Assembly: GCA_013334825.1 (NCBI GenBank)
Contig: JAAXWR010000003.1
Location: 101,167-165,166 of the forward strand
DNA: 64,000 nucleotides
Direction of reading: 5' to 3'
Source of the DNA: Candidatus Yonathbacteria bacterium
Lineage (GTDB): Bacteria > Patescibacteriota > Minisyncoccia > Phycocordibacterales > JACNGX01
Shown: one piece after another, positions 46,415 through 56,481 of the stretch
Layout: each line of letters opens with the position of its first letter
How positions within the stretch are numbered: the stretch's first letter is position 1
Notes under the pieces: model-generated
What the model was told of the DNA's origin: nothing
Databases searched by the model: none
Seen by the model: only the letters and a program-made list of their open reading frames with translations
Program-made: the position numbers and the translations under genes

Positions 46415-46957
46415 TTAACATGCCTGCATCGGGATTATGACTTCCATGTTGTAGGGGATGACCATCATGTCATCGTCCATTTTCGGTGATCCTACCCACG
46501 GGTCTTTCTGGTCCAAGTTTATTTGAACGATGGGAACACGATTATTCTGTGCTTCTCCAATAACGATGTACGCAGGAGCTTTTTCCATGTCCATCAGTTC
46601 TTCCACGGACACCGACGGTTTGTCGTTTTCGGGTGCGAGTCGTACGATGGTCCTCAGAACTGCATCTCGAAGATGTATCTTTTTCATCTGCGGCTGTTTG
46701 GGGCGTATCTCACCCGGGTAAGAGATGATCCGTCTCGTGTCTTTTCTTTTGAGAATACCACCTTTGGCATCGAGAGGGAGGACATATGTCTCGTCTGTAC
46801 TTGCTTTTCCTATGATGAGATATAGATTAGGTGCATCTGCTGATGCCTCTATGAAAATGGAAGAAGTATCGGCAAAGCGAAACATTGTTCCAGGTTTTTT
46901 GTCACCAAGGGTTGCTTTCTGCTCGTCCCGTACGGTCTCTCTGAGAAGAAGTGTCAT
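46415..46957 (-). CDS. Hypothetical protein.
   Basis: 180-aa ORF driven by a consensus promoter copy at about 46985-47030. Confidence 0.55.
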   Translation of the reverse strand: MTLLLRETVRDEQKATLGDKKPGTMFRFADTSSIFIEASADAPNLYLIIGKASTDETYVLPLDAKGGILKRKDTRRIISYPGEIRPKQPQMKKIHLRDAVLRTIVRLAPENDKPSVSVEELMDMEKAPAYIVIGEAQNNRVPIVQINLDQKDPWVGSPKMDDDMMVIPYNMEVIIPMQAC

Positions 46958-46984
46958 TGCTTTTGAGTGCTAAGTTGTATGAAA

Positions 46985-47030
46985 AATAAATGTTACCGCT
47001 TGTCATCATACGGGTATTAGGAGAAATGTC
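46985..47030 (-). promoter_or_regulatory. Consensus sigma-70 promoter (minus strand: TTGACA-tttctcctaatacccg-TATGAT) with the conserved leader gacaagcggtaacat. This is copy 1.
   Basis: A near-identical promoter and leader (TTGACA-caacctctaatacccg-TATGAT-gacaaatagtaacat) lies at about 47845-47885, upstream of the next minus-strand gene. Confidence 0.6.
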
Positions 47031-47082
47031 AAGAAGAACAAAAAACGACATTTCCTTTTCAAGAGATGTCGTTAATGAGAAA

Positions 47083-47820
47083 TTAAGTTAGGATTTTTTC
47101 TGCTAAAACTTTTATTTTTTCACTGCTCAGAATGTCAAATCCTTTAACATTCTTCTCTATGAGAGAAGTTGCTACTAAAAAATCAGTAACTCCTATCTCT
47201 AAAAAAGTCTTAACATTTTCTTCTGTGATACCACTTGCAATACCAAGTCTTTGATCAATACTCAGATAAGTTTTTATTTCCTTTATCTTTTCGTAATCAG
47301 CAGGTTTGCCAGTAGCTATTCCTGAAGTTGTAGGTATGACATAGTTAAACTTAGGAATATTATCACAGAGTCTTTTAAGGTCATCGCCAGAAGCAGATGA
47401 ATGCCTTGAATATTTAAATGCTAATCCAGTGAAAAAATCAGTTCGAGACACTTCAGCAACAAGAGGAATTATTTTCGCAAAAGAACCATCTGATTGAATC
47501 ATATTAAAATCTTTTTCTTTAATAGCATCAATCAAATCTGATTCCATTGTTTCAAACCTTTTTAAAAAATTAACCCCAACTGGAAAATTGGGAAAAAGTT
47601 TTTTTATCTCGGAATAATAAAAGAATAAATCTTCTGACGTTGCTCTTTTTGAGTGTCCATTTGATTCATTTTCATAGTCAGGGATTAAAAATATACCACT
47701 TGCCCCTGCTTTAAAAATCTTTGTTGCCTCTTCAATCACATGTTTGGAAGCTTCGTTGTCATTTGTTTTATGCTGAACATGAATGACAACAAAAAAGCGA
47801 GGAAATAATTTTTTATTCAC
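47083..47820 (-). CDS. Phosphate-binding TIM-barrel protein (BtpA/SgcQ or PcrB/GGGP-synthase-like).
   Basis: C-terminal LGIASGITEENVKTFLEIGVTDFLVATS resembles the Gly-rich phosphate-binding segment of BtpA/PcrB. It has a GTG start and a local GC of about 32%. Confidence 0.45.
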   Translation of the reverse strand: MNKKLFPRFFVVIHVQHKTNDNEASKHVIEEATKIFKAGASGIFLIPDYENESNGHSKRATSEDLFFYYSEIKKLFPNFPVGVNFLKRFETMESDLIDAIKEKDFNMIQSDGSFAKIIPLVAEVSRTDFFTGLAFKYSRHSSASGDDLKRLCDNIPKFNYVIPTTSGIATGKPADYEKIKEIKTYLSIDQRLGIASGITEENVKTFLEIGVTDFLVATSLIEKNVKGFDILSSEKIKVLAEKILT

Positions 47821-47844
47821 GGTCTTTAAATTTAAAATATTTGA

Positions 47845-47885
47845 AGGACATGTTACTATTTGTCATCATACGGGTATTAGAGGTT
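47845..47885 (-). promoter_or_regulatory. Consensus sigma-70 promoter, copy 2 (duplicate of the 46985-47030 promoter and leader).
   Basis: Direct sequence comparison: both copies share ttgtcatcatacgggtattag. Confidence 0.6.
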
Positions 47886-48010
47886 GTGTCAAGATACCGT
47901 AAAACACACGGAGGGCTTAGAGCCCGCCGTGTGTTTTGTTGTTTTTTATTTTTCACTTTTTAGTTTTTCGTTTATTGTTGATTTATTTTTTGATATCTTA
48001 ATCTCCTTGT

Positions 48011-48373
48011 TTATCTGCTCAACTCCGCGTCAATGTTTTCAAGCTCGGTATCAAGTCCTGAAAGGTCAGTTGCCGAGAGGTCTGCTTCGATGGAGGAAAT
48101 ATCATCTGATGTTCCTTGTTCTTTAAGCGCTTCAGTCACTGGGTCAGGGCGGTTTAAGATGTCTTCTCCGGTAACGTTTTCTTCGACAGGAGGAAGTGTC
48201 CCCGATTCATCAAGTTCTTTACCCCAGAAATAGAATGTTCCAATGATAAGAATTGCGACAACAATAACGATGCCGACGATAGCCCCCCATGATGTTTCTT
48301 GAGTTGGCATGACGGCACGTGTTTCTTTAGGCATTCCCGAAGGAGATGTGGGGGAAGAGGGTATGGTATCCAT
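48011..48373 (-). CDS. Membrane-anchored hypothetical protein with an acidic C-terminus.
   Basis: 120-aa ORF with TM helix WGAIVGIVIVVAILIIGTFYFW. Confidence 0.5.
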   Translation of the reverse strand: MDTIPSSPTSPSGMPKETRAVMPTQETSWGAIVGIVIVVAILIIGTFYFWGKELDESGTLPPVEENVTGEDILNRPDPVTEALKEQGTSDDISSIEADLSATDLSGLDTELENIDAELSR

Positions 48374-48398
48374 AGAAATATGTGATGATAATAAAAAC

Positions 48399-49493
48399 TT
48401 AAAGCGTATTGTCTGATGATGTATCTACAGGCGTGACAGATTTGAGTGAAGCAAGTGCGGAAGTAAGTTTTTCACGTGCTGTGCGCACTGAGTCAGCGGC
48501 ACTTTTCATTGCTTCTCGTACAATATCTGTGGCACTGCGTGCGTCATTGGTCACGAGTGAATCCGAAAGAAGTGTTGATGCGTCTGTTAGTGATTCTTTT
48601 GCAGCAGCAAGATGAATGCGTGCATCAGATACGAGAGACGTTGCTTCTGATGTATCTGCAGAAGAAGATGCGCTCTCAGTCTTTGCTATACGTGAATCAA
48701 TACGGTCGGCGAGTTTCTCAAGACGTTCAATCGCGGCGGTTACTCGTTCGATAACCCGTATTGCATATGCTTTGATACGTTCTTTTGCTTGCTCGGCAAG
48801 TGCTTCCTTTTTCTCGGCGAATTGTTCTTTGCGTGTCTCAAGTTTCTCCGCGACGGCAGTGCTTTTTTCTGCAATGCGGGCTTTTACTTCTTCAAGTTTC
48901 ACATCGCGATTTTCGATTGCTTGTTTTGCTTTGGCACATGCATTGGTGATATCAGCGCAGGTCATAGAGTCAATGCTTGTGCAGCCATCTTTTATTGCTG
49001 AACCGTCCGCGACGTTTGTGAGATTTCCTGCCACTGTTTCACATGTTGTCTTGATGGTGGCGCGAGTTACTTCACACGATGTTTCGGTAGCGGTAGAGCA
49101 TGCATTTGTAATCCACGCGGGCATGTTCGCAAGAAGTGGAGTTGCATTTGTACGGAGAGCATTTACCGTCTCTGTCATATGGGTGACATCAGGAGTCATT
49201 CCCGCACGCAGTGAACCGAGAGCATGTTCAATTTCTTTTTGCATTGTTCCCGTGGGGTCTGATTGTTCTTTGGAAATATTTTTTGCACGCTCAAGTTCTT
49301 TGCGTTTGATTTGTGCTTGCTCTTGTATAGAGACAGAGGTTGCGCTTGTTGTGCTCGGCGCGGGTGACTCTAGAGATGTAGCTCCAGTTTGTGCGGATAC
49401 CCCTTGTCCCATAAAAACGAGTGCAAGAAGTGAAGTGATGAGAATATGATGCATAGATGTGAATAATGAATAATGAGATGACGGTGTATACAC
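48399..49493 (-). CDS. Secreted Ala/Thr/Ser-rich coiled-coil protein.
   Basis: Signal peptide (MHHILITSLLALVFMGQGVSA) and long alpha-helical repeats. No catalytic motif. Confidence 0.55.
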   Translation of the reverse strand: MYTPSSHYSLFTSMHHILITSLLALVFMGQGVSAQTGATSLESPAPSTTSATSVSIQEQAQIKRKELERAKNISKEQSDPTGTMQKEIEHALGSLRAGMTPDVTHMTETVNALRTNATPLLANMPAWITNACSTATETSCEVTRATIKTTCETVAGNLTNVADGSAIKDGCTSIDSMTCADITNACAKAKQAIENRDVKLEEVKARIAEKSTAVAEKLETRKEQFAEKKEALAEQAKERIKAYAIRVIERVTAAIERLEKLADRIDSRIAKTESASSSADTSEATSLVSDARIHLAAAKESLTDASTLLSDSLVTNDARSATDIVREAMKSAADSVRTAREKLTSALASLKSVTPVDTSSDNTL

Positions 49494-49579
49494 TGTGTGT
49501 ATCTGTTCCGTATGTATTTAGTATAGCAAAACAACGCACAAGTGAGTGTGCGTTGTTTTCCACAGGTCTTTGTTCATTA

Positions 49580-50110
49580 TTATTCGCCGTATGCTTCGCG
49601 GTAGAGGTCGAAAGAACGTTTCACGACTTCGAGCGCGGCATCACGCCCTTCCCATTCTCCGACTGTCACTTCTTTTTCTTGAAGTTGTTTGTATACCGCA
49701 AAAAAGTGACGAGATTCAGCAAGAAGGTGTGGCTCAAGATCAGAGATATCTTTGGTATTTTTGAAACGTGGGTCGGTGACGGGAACAGCAAGGACTTTTG
49801 CGTCATCATCGCCACTATCATTCATTGCGAGTACTCCAATGACGCGTGCTTCTACAAGTGCGCCGGGGACAATTTCTTCATGCGCGAGGACGAGTACATC
49901 AAGTGGGTCGCCATCTTCCCAGAGTGTACGAGGAACAAATCCATAATTGGCAGGGTAGTGCATTGGGGAGTATAGTACACGGTCAAACTGAATAAGCCCT
50001 GTTTCTTTGTCGAGTTCGTATTTGACGCGAGACCCTTTGGGGATCTCAATAATAACGTTTACTTGTTCGGGGGTGTGTTTCCCTGCGGATACATCGTGCC
50101 AGAGGTTCAT
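49580..50110 (-). CDS. ppa: Inorganic pyrophosphatase (family I).
   Basis: IEIPKGSRVKYELDKETG...DGDPLDVLVL...DDAKVLAV matches soluble PPase. Confidence 0.95.
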   Translation of the reverse strand: MNLWHDVSAGKHTPEQVNVIIEIPKGSRVKYELDKETGLIQFDRVLYSPMHYPANYGFVPRTLWEDGDPLDVLVLAHEEIVPGALVEARVIGVLAMNDSGDDDAKVLAVPVTDPRFKNTKDISDLEPHLLAESRHFFAVYKQLQEKEVTVGEWEGRDAALEVVKRSFDLYREAYGE

Positions 50111-50148
50111 AGATATATGTTAAGAATTAAGAATTTAAGAATAAGGAA

Positions 50149-50193
50149 TTAGAAATTAGAAATTAGAAATTAGAAATTAGAAATTAGAAATTT
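50149..50193 (+). repeat. Tandem repeat (AGAAATT) x6, preceded by degenerate GAATTAAGAAT units.
   Basis: Seen directly. It lies in the ppa upstream region. Confidence 0.8.
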
Positions 50194-50387
50194 CCTACAC
50201 TATACAGCATAACGCGGAGGGGTGGTGTGTGCAAGGGGAGGAATAAAAATCTTCATATGACAGAAAATGTCCAGAATATAATAGAAAATAAAAATGTTGA
50301 AATTTCAGCGTTCAAAAGATATCATATATAATATTTTCTCTCAACATGGTAATATCATGTATGTATAAAAAGCGCCACATTGGCGCT

Positions 50388-50747
50388 TTAGAGAGTATAT
50401 CCTTTTTTTAACATACGCATTTCCTCAGGAAAAAATATCTCTAGTGCGATAAAGATCTCTCTTCCTGTGTAATCTTTAAGAATGTTTCGTACTTCCTCAA
50501 ATATGGGAGGCTCATTGAGAAAATAGGAAAGCTCTTTATTGAATGCGAATGCGATACGGGCAAGGAGATTAATAGAAGGTGTAGCGCATCCTTTCTCGAT
50601 GTTGACGAGATGATTTTGTGATACCCCTATTTTTTTTGCAAAATCTCGTTGACGTACCTTCGCCACTTTTCGAAGAAATCGTATATTTCTTCCGATAAGT
50701 GCAGGGTCTAATAGAAATTGATTCCCGATGACAACTTCCGAAGACAT
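50388..50747 (-). CDS. XRE-family HTH transcriptional regulator.
   Basis: IRFLRKVAKVRQRDFAKKIGVSQNHLVNIEKGCATPSINLLARIAFAFN matches HTH_3. Confidence 0.8.
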   Translation of the reverse strand: MSSEVVIGNQFLLDPALIGRNIRFLRKVAKVRQRDFAKKIGVSQNHLVNIEKGCATPSINLLARIAFAFNKELSYFLNEPPIFEEVRNILKDYTGREIFIALEIFFPEEMRMLKKGYTL

Positions 50748-50894
50748 GTTTTTAAGTTTTTTTTGTTAATCTAATTAAATATCGTGAGAAAAATCAACTT
50801 CATGGTGGCATCAGTTTTTTTATGATGCGACGTAGTGTTTTGTTTGTATAGCCAACCTTCTTTCAAGAGAATAATATATATATTATATATTGTC

Positions 50895-50935
50895 AACACA
50901 ACACACGGTGAGCATTCAGCTCACCGTGTGTTGTG
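50895..50935 (-). terminator. Long hairpin terminator downstream of nusA.
   Basis: acacaacacacggtgagc-attc-agctcaccgtgtgttgtgt. Confidence 0.6.
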
Positions 50936-50955
50936 TATGATTGAGAGATTCGTCG

Positions 50956-52359
50956 TTATTTTGTTTTTTCGTCGTCCGATGGTTCTTGTGTTTCGATGGC
51001 TTCTTCTGTTTTGTCCGCGTCGGTTGCTTGATCATCCTCGGTTTCATGGAGTCCAGGAGCAACATCTGATTCTTGTTCTTCGGTGACGTCTTCAATGACA
51101 GCACCGAGACTGATATACCCTTCCTCATCTTCATCTTCTGTAAATGAGTGTTTGTGATGGAGGGCTTCTTCGGAGAACATTTCTTCGGTTGTACCATCAT
51201 CGCCTGCGATGTCGATATTCCATCCGGTGAGTTTGACAGCGAGACGTGCGTTTTGCCCACCTTTACCGATAGCAAGAGAGAGTTGCTCAGAAGGAACAGT
51301 CACTTTCGCCGCGCGACGTGTTTCGTCGATTTCAATACCAAGAACACGTGCAGGTGAGAGTGCGGCAGCAACGAAGCGATCGGGTTTTTCATCCCAGAGA
51401 ATGATGTCAATTTTTTCTCCCGCGAGTTCATTCATGATTGTGGAGACACGCATACCGCGCTGACCAACACATGCACCAATAGGGTCGACATGGGCGTCAT
51501 TTGAGTATACGGCGACTTTTGAGCGAGAGCCGGGTTCGCGAGCGATTGACTTGAGTTCGACAACACCACTTGCTACTTCAGGTGCTTCCATTTCAAAAAG
51601 TCTGCGCAAGAATTCAGGATGCGAACGTGAAAGACGGATTGATACGCCACGGGGAGTCTCGGCGACATCAAACATATATGCGCGGATGCGCATGCCTTGA
51701 CGATAGTGCTCAGTGGGGATTTGTTCTTCGTAGGGAATGATACCCGTCGCACGATCAAGGTCAACAAACACCGTACCGCGTTCTACACGCTGAATAGTGC
51801 CCGATACAATATCGCCTTTTCGATCCGCGTATTCGCCCATAACAGATTCTTTTTCTGCTTCACGGATTTTTTGGATAATTACTTGCTTTGCTGTTTGTGC
51901 GGCAATACGTCCATAATCATCCTTGCTTTCAAGTGGGAAAATCATTTCATCACCAACGGCGATATCTTTTTTCATACGCTTGGCATCTTCAACAAGAATA
52001 TGTCGTTCGGGGTTGAAGAGTGGCAGTATTTCTTCTTCGTCCGACTGTGTCTCCCCGTGATGTTCATGTGAAAGTGATGCACGAGAAACGTTTCCCGATG
52101 TTTCCTCCGCGGTTTCCTCGTCTTCTTCGGATGGCATGCGGACCGTTGTTTCGTCGGCAACAATTTTTATTTGTTCAAACGATACGGTGCCTGTTTCAGC
52201 ATCAAAAAATGCACGGACGATTTGATCTTTTTTGCCGTAGTCTTTTTTGTACGCAGCAGCGATTGCTTGTTCAATAGCCTCCATGATTTTTTCACGAGGA
52301 ATACCGCGCTCTTCTTCGAGCTGTGCGAGGGCGGAATTAAATACTTTGATGTCAAACAT
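50956..52359 (-). CDS. nusA: Transcription termination/antitermination factor NusA with an acidic C-terminal tail.
   Basis: N-terminal domain, S1 and two KH domains (FIGKGGQNARLAVKLTGWNIDI...). Confidence 0.95.
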   Translation of the reverse strand: MFDIKVFNSALAQLEEERGIPREKIMEAIEQAIAAAYKKDYGKKDQIVRAFFDAETGTVSFEQIKIVADETTVRMPSEEDEETAEETSGNVSRASLSHEHHGETQSDEEEILPLFNPERHILVEDAKRMKKDIAVGDEMIFPLESKDDYGRIAAQTAKQVIIQKIREAEKESVMGEYADRKGDIVSGTIQRVERGTVFVDLDRATGIIPYEEQIPTEHYRQGMRIRAYMFDVAETPRGVSIRLSRSHPEFLRRLFEMEAPEVASGVVELKSIAREPGSRSKVAVYSNDAHVDPIGACVGQRGMRVSTIMNELAGEKIDIILWDEKPDRFVAAALSPARVLGIEIDETRRAAKVTVPSEQLSLAIGKGGQNARLAVKLTGWNIDIAGDDGTTEEMFSEEALHHKHSFTEDEDEEGYISLGAVIEDVTEEQESDVAPGLHETEDDQATDADKTEEAIETQEPSDDEKTK

Positions 52360-52549
52360 AATAGTATGTTAGTAAGTTAGTAATTAGTATATGAGGAGAT
52401 TAAATATTAGGAGATTAAACGTGTATTTGATAGTTAATTTCCTAATTCTTAAGCTCCCTTTTGTAAAAAAGACCGGTGCTTTCGCAACGGACCTCCACGT
52501 GAGTAGTATATCAGATGTTCGAGATAAGTCAATGCGCTGTAGGAAATAG

Positions 52550-53040
52550 GTTAGAGGAGATAGGGACAGATATTCGAATCAAGCGTGCCCTGCCCCCTAC
52601 ATGGCGTGCTGTGCATCCCACGTGGTGCACAGTGCAGGGAATCACGAAGCACGAATCAAGAAGAAAAACGATAGACGATGAAATAAGAAATATGAAGTTA
52701 GAAATATGGGGTTACGAAGTACGAATGAGTATGAACATACGAAACGGGACGGGAATTAAGAATACAAGACGAGAATTAAGAATAAGGAATTAAGAATCAA
52801 GAATACGGACGGACTGGAAATGAGGAGTAGGAATATGAAGAGGAAACTATAAAAAATTAAAGGTTAAAAAGAAAAAACTATAGACAATGAAATAAGAAAT
52901 ATGAAGACGAAAACTATAAACGAGAGACAATGAAATAAGAAAATAGAAATAAGGAATATGGGAAGAGAAAACTATAAACGATAAAAAAGAAGTCGTATTC
53001 GTATATTGTACACATTCGTTATTCGTAATCTTCGTAAGTG
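52550..53040 (+). repeat. Intergenic repeat cluster of about 490 bp: REP-like palindromes (gtgccctgccccctacatggcgtgctgtgcatcccacgtggtgcacagtgcaggg) followed by degenerate GAAATA/AAGAAT/ACTATAAAC low-complexity repeats.
   Basis: It is related to the 14195-14520 cluster (shared cgaatcaagcgtgccctg...gggaatcacgaagcacgaatcaagaa). Confidence 0.65.
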
Positions 53041-53047
53041 TTCTTGA

Positions 53048-53095
53048 AATGGGTCCGCTTCGCTCTTCCGTAACGGAGACGTCACGGGAAACTCG
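53048..53095 (+). repeat. Element copy C (ggtccgcttcgctcttccgtaacggagacgtcacgggaaactcgtg), lacking the large palindrome.
   Basis: It shares the small hairpin and the gagacgtc(g/a)cgggaaact tail with copies A and B. It lies about 190 bp upstream of pilB. Confidence 0.55.
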
Positions 53096-53238
53096 TGAAC
53101 TCGTTTTTTTTGACACTCGACAATCATCAATCTGTTTCTTACATTCATTTCACTATTTTTTATGTGCCCTGTTATGTTTCGCGTTTGTTTATGCACAGAA
53201 TATAGTTCCGCACAGTAGACGGGTATCTGATATACTAT

Positions 53239-55008
53239 ATGTATATAATTTATATGCGCGTAGACGAAGGACAACTGAAAACATTTATTGCGGATTCTGG
53301 GCTTGTTTCTGCGAAAGAAATTGATGCTGCGGCAGAGAAAGCACGAAAAGCAAAAAAGACATTTAAAGAAACTCTCCTCGCTGACGGAATATTGTCCGAG
53401 GATGATTTTCGTCGTATGGAAGCACACGTTCTTGGTATTCCGTTTGTTAGTTTGAAAAATCTCAAAATTGAATATGAACTTCTCTCTCTTATTCCAGAAC
53501 CAATTGCTCGGCGACATAATATTATTGGATTTAAAAAAGGAGATGGGGTACTTGAGGTGGCAATGCTTGATACGGATGATCTTACGGCAATTGATTTTGT
53601 AAAGAAAAAAGTAGGACTTAAGATTCTTCCTCGTTTGACAGACAAAGCATCTATTAAAAGTGCTCTTTTGCAGTATCAAAAAAATCTTAAAGCAGAATTT
53701 GGAGATATTATAAAAGAAGAGGCGGAATCATTAAAAACCATTGCGGAAAGTAAAGAGGGAGAACATCTTTCCGAAGGGGATTTAAAGAAGTTGGCGGAAG
53801 ATTTGCCTGTTGTAAAGATTGTGGATTCGCTCCTTCGTCATGCTATTGTACAAAATGCATCTGATATTCATATTGAACCACAGGAAAAAGAGCTTATTGT
53901 TCGCTATCGAATTGACGGAATTTTGCACGACGCAATGGTACTTCCAAAAGCCGCCGGACCTGGCGTTACTGCGCGTATCAAAGTATTATCAAACCTTAAG
54001 CTTGATGAAAAACGATTACCTCAAGATGGTCGTTTCAAAATTGAAGAAAATGAGGAGAAGGTTTCATTTCGTGTCTCGACAATTCCCACAGCATTTGGTG
54101 AAAAGACTGTGATGAGACTTCTCAGGGAGCGTACATCTGGGTTTACACTTGAGACTCTTGGTTTTCATGGTCAGGGGCTTGAATATATTCGTGAATCAAC
54201 GCGTCAAAAAACGGGTATGATTCTCGTGACGGGACCTACCGGTTCAGGGAAAACGACGACACTGTATACTGTTCTTGATATCTTGAATACCCCTGAGGTA
54301 AATATTTCGACAATAGAGGATCCGATCGAGTATCAAGTTGCACGCGTTAATCAAACACAAGTAAAACCTGATATCGGATTTACTTTTTCCAATGGTCTTC
54401 GTGCTCTTGTGCGCCAAGACCCAGACGTTATTCTTGTGGGTGAAATTCGTGATACTGAAACAGCAAGCCTTGCAGTAAACGCATCGTTGACAGGGCATGT
54501 TGTACTTTCAACACTGCACACTAATTCTGCGGGAGGTACGATTCCACGATTACTTGATATGGGTATTGAACCGTTTCTTCTTGTTTCGACAGTCAATGTT
54601 GTCATCGCACAACGTCTTGTTCGTAAATTGTGTTCTGGAAAAGAAAAATATTTTTTGACAAAAGCTGAAATATCTCAACTTGAGAAACATGCAAATCTCG
54701 ATCTAGTTCTCGGAGAACTCAAAGAAGAAGGTGTTGTCGAAGCAAAAGCAACATGGGAAAAGATTCCATTTTATAAACCGAAAAAAACCCCTCAATGTGA
54801 AAGTGGCTATACTGGACGTGTGGGTATCCATGAAATTATGCATATGTCATCTCCACTACGTGAATTAGTTATGCGCGGAACAACATCCCAAGAAATCGAG
54901 ACACAAGCAAAGAAAGAAGGCATGATGACGATGCTTGAAGACGGTATATTTAAAGCGGCACAGGGGGTGACAACGATAGAGGAAGTATTGCGCGTAGTAT
55001 CAGAGTAG
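53239..55008 (+). CDS. pilB: Type IV pilus assembly ATPase PilB (GspE family).
   Basis: N-terminal T2SSE_N domain, Walker A GPTGSGKTTTLY, Asp/His boxes and a tetra-Cys-like region. Confidence 0.93.
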   Translation: MYIIYMRVDEGQLKTFIADSGLVSAKEIDAAAEKARKAKKTFKETLLADGILSEDDFRRMEAHVLGIPFVSLKNLKIEYELLSLIPEPIARRHNIIGFKKGDGVLEVAMLDTDDLTAIDFVKKKVGLKILPRLTDKASIKSALLQYQKNLKAEFGDIIKEEAESLKTIAESKEGEHLSEGDLKKLAEDLPVVKIVDSLLRHAIVQNASDIHIEPQEKELIVRYRIDGILHDAMVLPKAAGPGVTARIKVLSNLKLDEKRLPQDGRFKIEENEEKVSFRVSTIPTAFGEKTVMRLLRERTSGFTLETLGFHGQGLEYIRESTRQKTGMILVTGPTGSGKTTTLYTVLDILNTPEVNISTIEDPIEYQVARVNQTQVKPDIGFTFSNGLRALVRQDPDVILVGEIRDTETASLAVNASLTGHVVLSTLHTNSAGGTIPRLLDMGIEPFLLVSTVNVVIAQRLVRKLCSGKEKYFLTKAEISQLEKHANLDLVLGELKEEGVVEAKATWEKIPFYKPKKTPQCESGYTGRVGIHEIMHMSSPLRELVMRGTTSQEIETQAKKEGMMTMLEDGIFKAAQGVTTIEEVLRVVSE

Positions 55009-55201
55009 AACATAACAAAAGACAAATTTTACATAACATATATAGTGTCAATATAGTAATGTTGTTCTATTTTTTCGTACCCAATAGTCTGTTTGTTGTT
55101 TGGTGCTTGTGATTTGGAACTTTGCTACTCGTATTTGTTATTATGTAGAGAAGTGTTTCGTGAAATAATATTTTTAGTATATCATTGAGTACATACATAC
55201 T

Positions 55202-56419
55202 ATGCGTTTTTCTTATATTATTATTACAAAAGATGGCGAACGAAAAAAAGGAAATGCTGTTGCAACAGATAAATATGATCTCGCACACCGCTTTAAAGAA
55301 GAAGGGTCGACACTAGTTGCAGCAAAGGAGGAGCGGGTCAATTTCTTTCATGCAATTGCGCGTCTTCAGTTATTTTCAAATGTATCTGTTGAAGAGCGTA
55401 TTAATTTTGCACACAATCTTTCTTCTATGATACGTGCGGGGTTACCATTATCACGCGCACTTTCTATTATGGAAAGGCAGACAAAAAATGAAACATTCAA
55501 ACGAGTACTTGAATCACTTATGTCTCGTATCAAAGAGGGAGGAGATTTGTCAGGAGGACTCGCTATGTTTCCAGGAGTATTTTCTCCGCTTTTTGTATCT
55601 ATGGTTCATGCCGGTGAAGAATCGGGCAATCTTGCATCTGCACTTGAAATTGTTGGTATGCAAATAAAAAAGAATAATGATATCGTCAAAAAAGTAAAGG
55701 GTGCCATGATTTATCCGTCCATTGTTATATCTGTCATGGTTGTGGTTGGTATCGTTATGATTATGAAAGTTGTTCCAACGCTGACTTCTACATTTGTTGA
55801 ACTTAATGTCGAGCTTCCTTTTGCAACACAAGTTCTCATTGGTCTTTCGAACGGGCTGAGAGCATATGCACTAATTATTTTTCCAGTCATCGCACTTCTT
55901 GTTGGACTTGTTGTTGCGTATACGAAGACAGACAACGGACGATATGTAAAAGACGCTATAGTATTACATGTCCCTATTGTGTCTAGTATTGTAAAACAAC
56001 TGAACACAGCGCGCACAGCGAGGACGCTCTCTTCACTTCTTTCCGCAGGTGTAGATATAGTTGAAGCAATGAACATTACGCGTGATGTGGTACAAAATGT
56101 ACACTTTAAAAAAATCATTGCGCACACTGGAGAGAGTATTCAAAAAGGAGTGCCATTATCAAAGACGTTTTCGACAGAAGATGCACTTGCTTGTTATCCG
56201 CTTCTTTTTTCTGAGATGATTGCAGTGGGTGAGGAAACAGGCAAGCTTGCGGATATGCTTGAAGAGAATGCGCTTTTTTTTGAAGGTGAAGTCGAAGAAG
56301 CGACAAAAAATATGTCGACCATTGTTGAACCAGTGCTCATGCTCATTGTTGGTGTTGCTGTTGGATTTTTTGCTATGGCCATGATTGCTCCGATGTATAG
56401 TGTTATGAGCGGGGTATAA
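55202..56419 (+). CDS. pilC: Type IV pilus inner-membrane platform protein PilC (GspF family).
   Basis: Two T2SSF repeats with 3 TM helices, 405 aa. Confidence 0.9.
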   Translation: MRFSYIIITKDGERKKGNAVATDKYDLAHRFKEEGSTLVAAKEERVNFFHAIARLQLFSNVSVEERINFAHNLSSMIRAGLPLSRALSIMERQTKNETFKRVLESLMSRIKEGGDLSGGLAMFPGVFSPLFVSMVHAGEESGNLASALEIVGMQIKKNNDIVKKVKGAMIYPSIVISVMVVVGIVMIMKVVPTLTSTFVELNVELPFATQVLIGLSNGLRAYALIIFPVIALLVGLVVAYTKTDNGRYVKDAIVLHVPIVSSIVKQLNTARTARTLSSLLSAGVDIVEAMNITRDVVQNVHFKKIIAHTGESIQKGVPLSKTFSTEDALACYPLLFSEMIAVGEETGKLADMLEENALFFEGEVEEATKNMSTIVEPVLMLIVGVAVGFFAMAMIAPMYSVMSGV

Positions 56420-56481
56420 TATATCCACTATTCGCAATAAATATCGTTGAAATAGCTGTTACGATAGTCATATACGGTAGT

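Noticed and set aside
48616-49449. 277-aa plus-strand ORF.
   Set aside because: Antisense to the secreted coiled-coil gene 48399-49493. Its Ser/Ala/Arg-rich low-complexity translation is typical of an antisense read of an Ala/Glu-rich gene.
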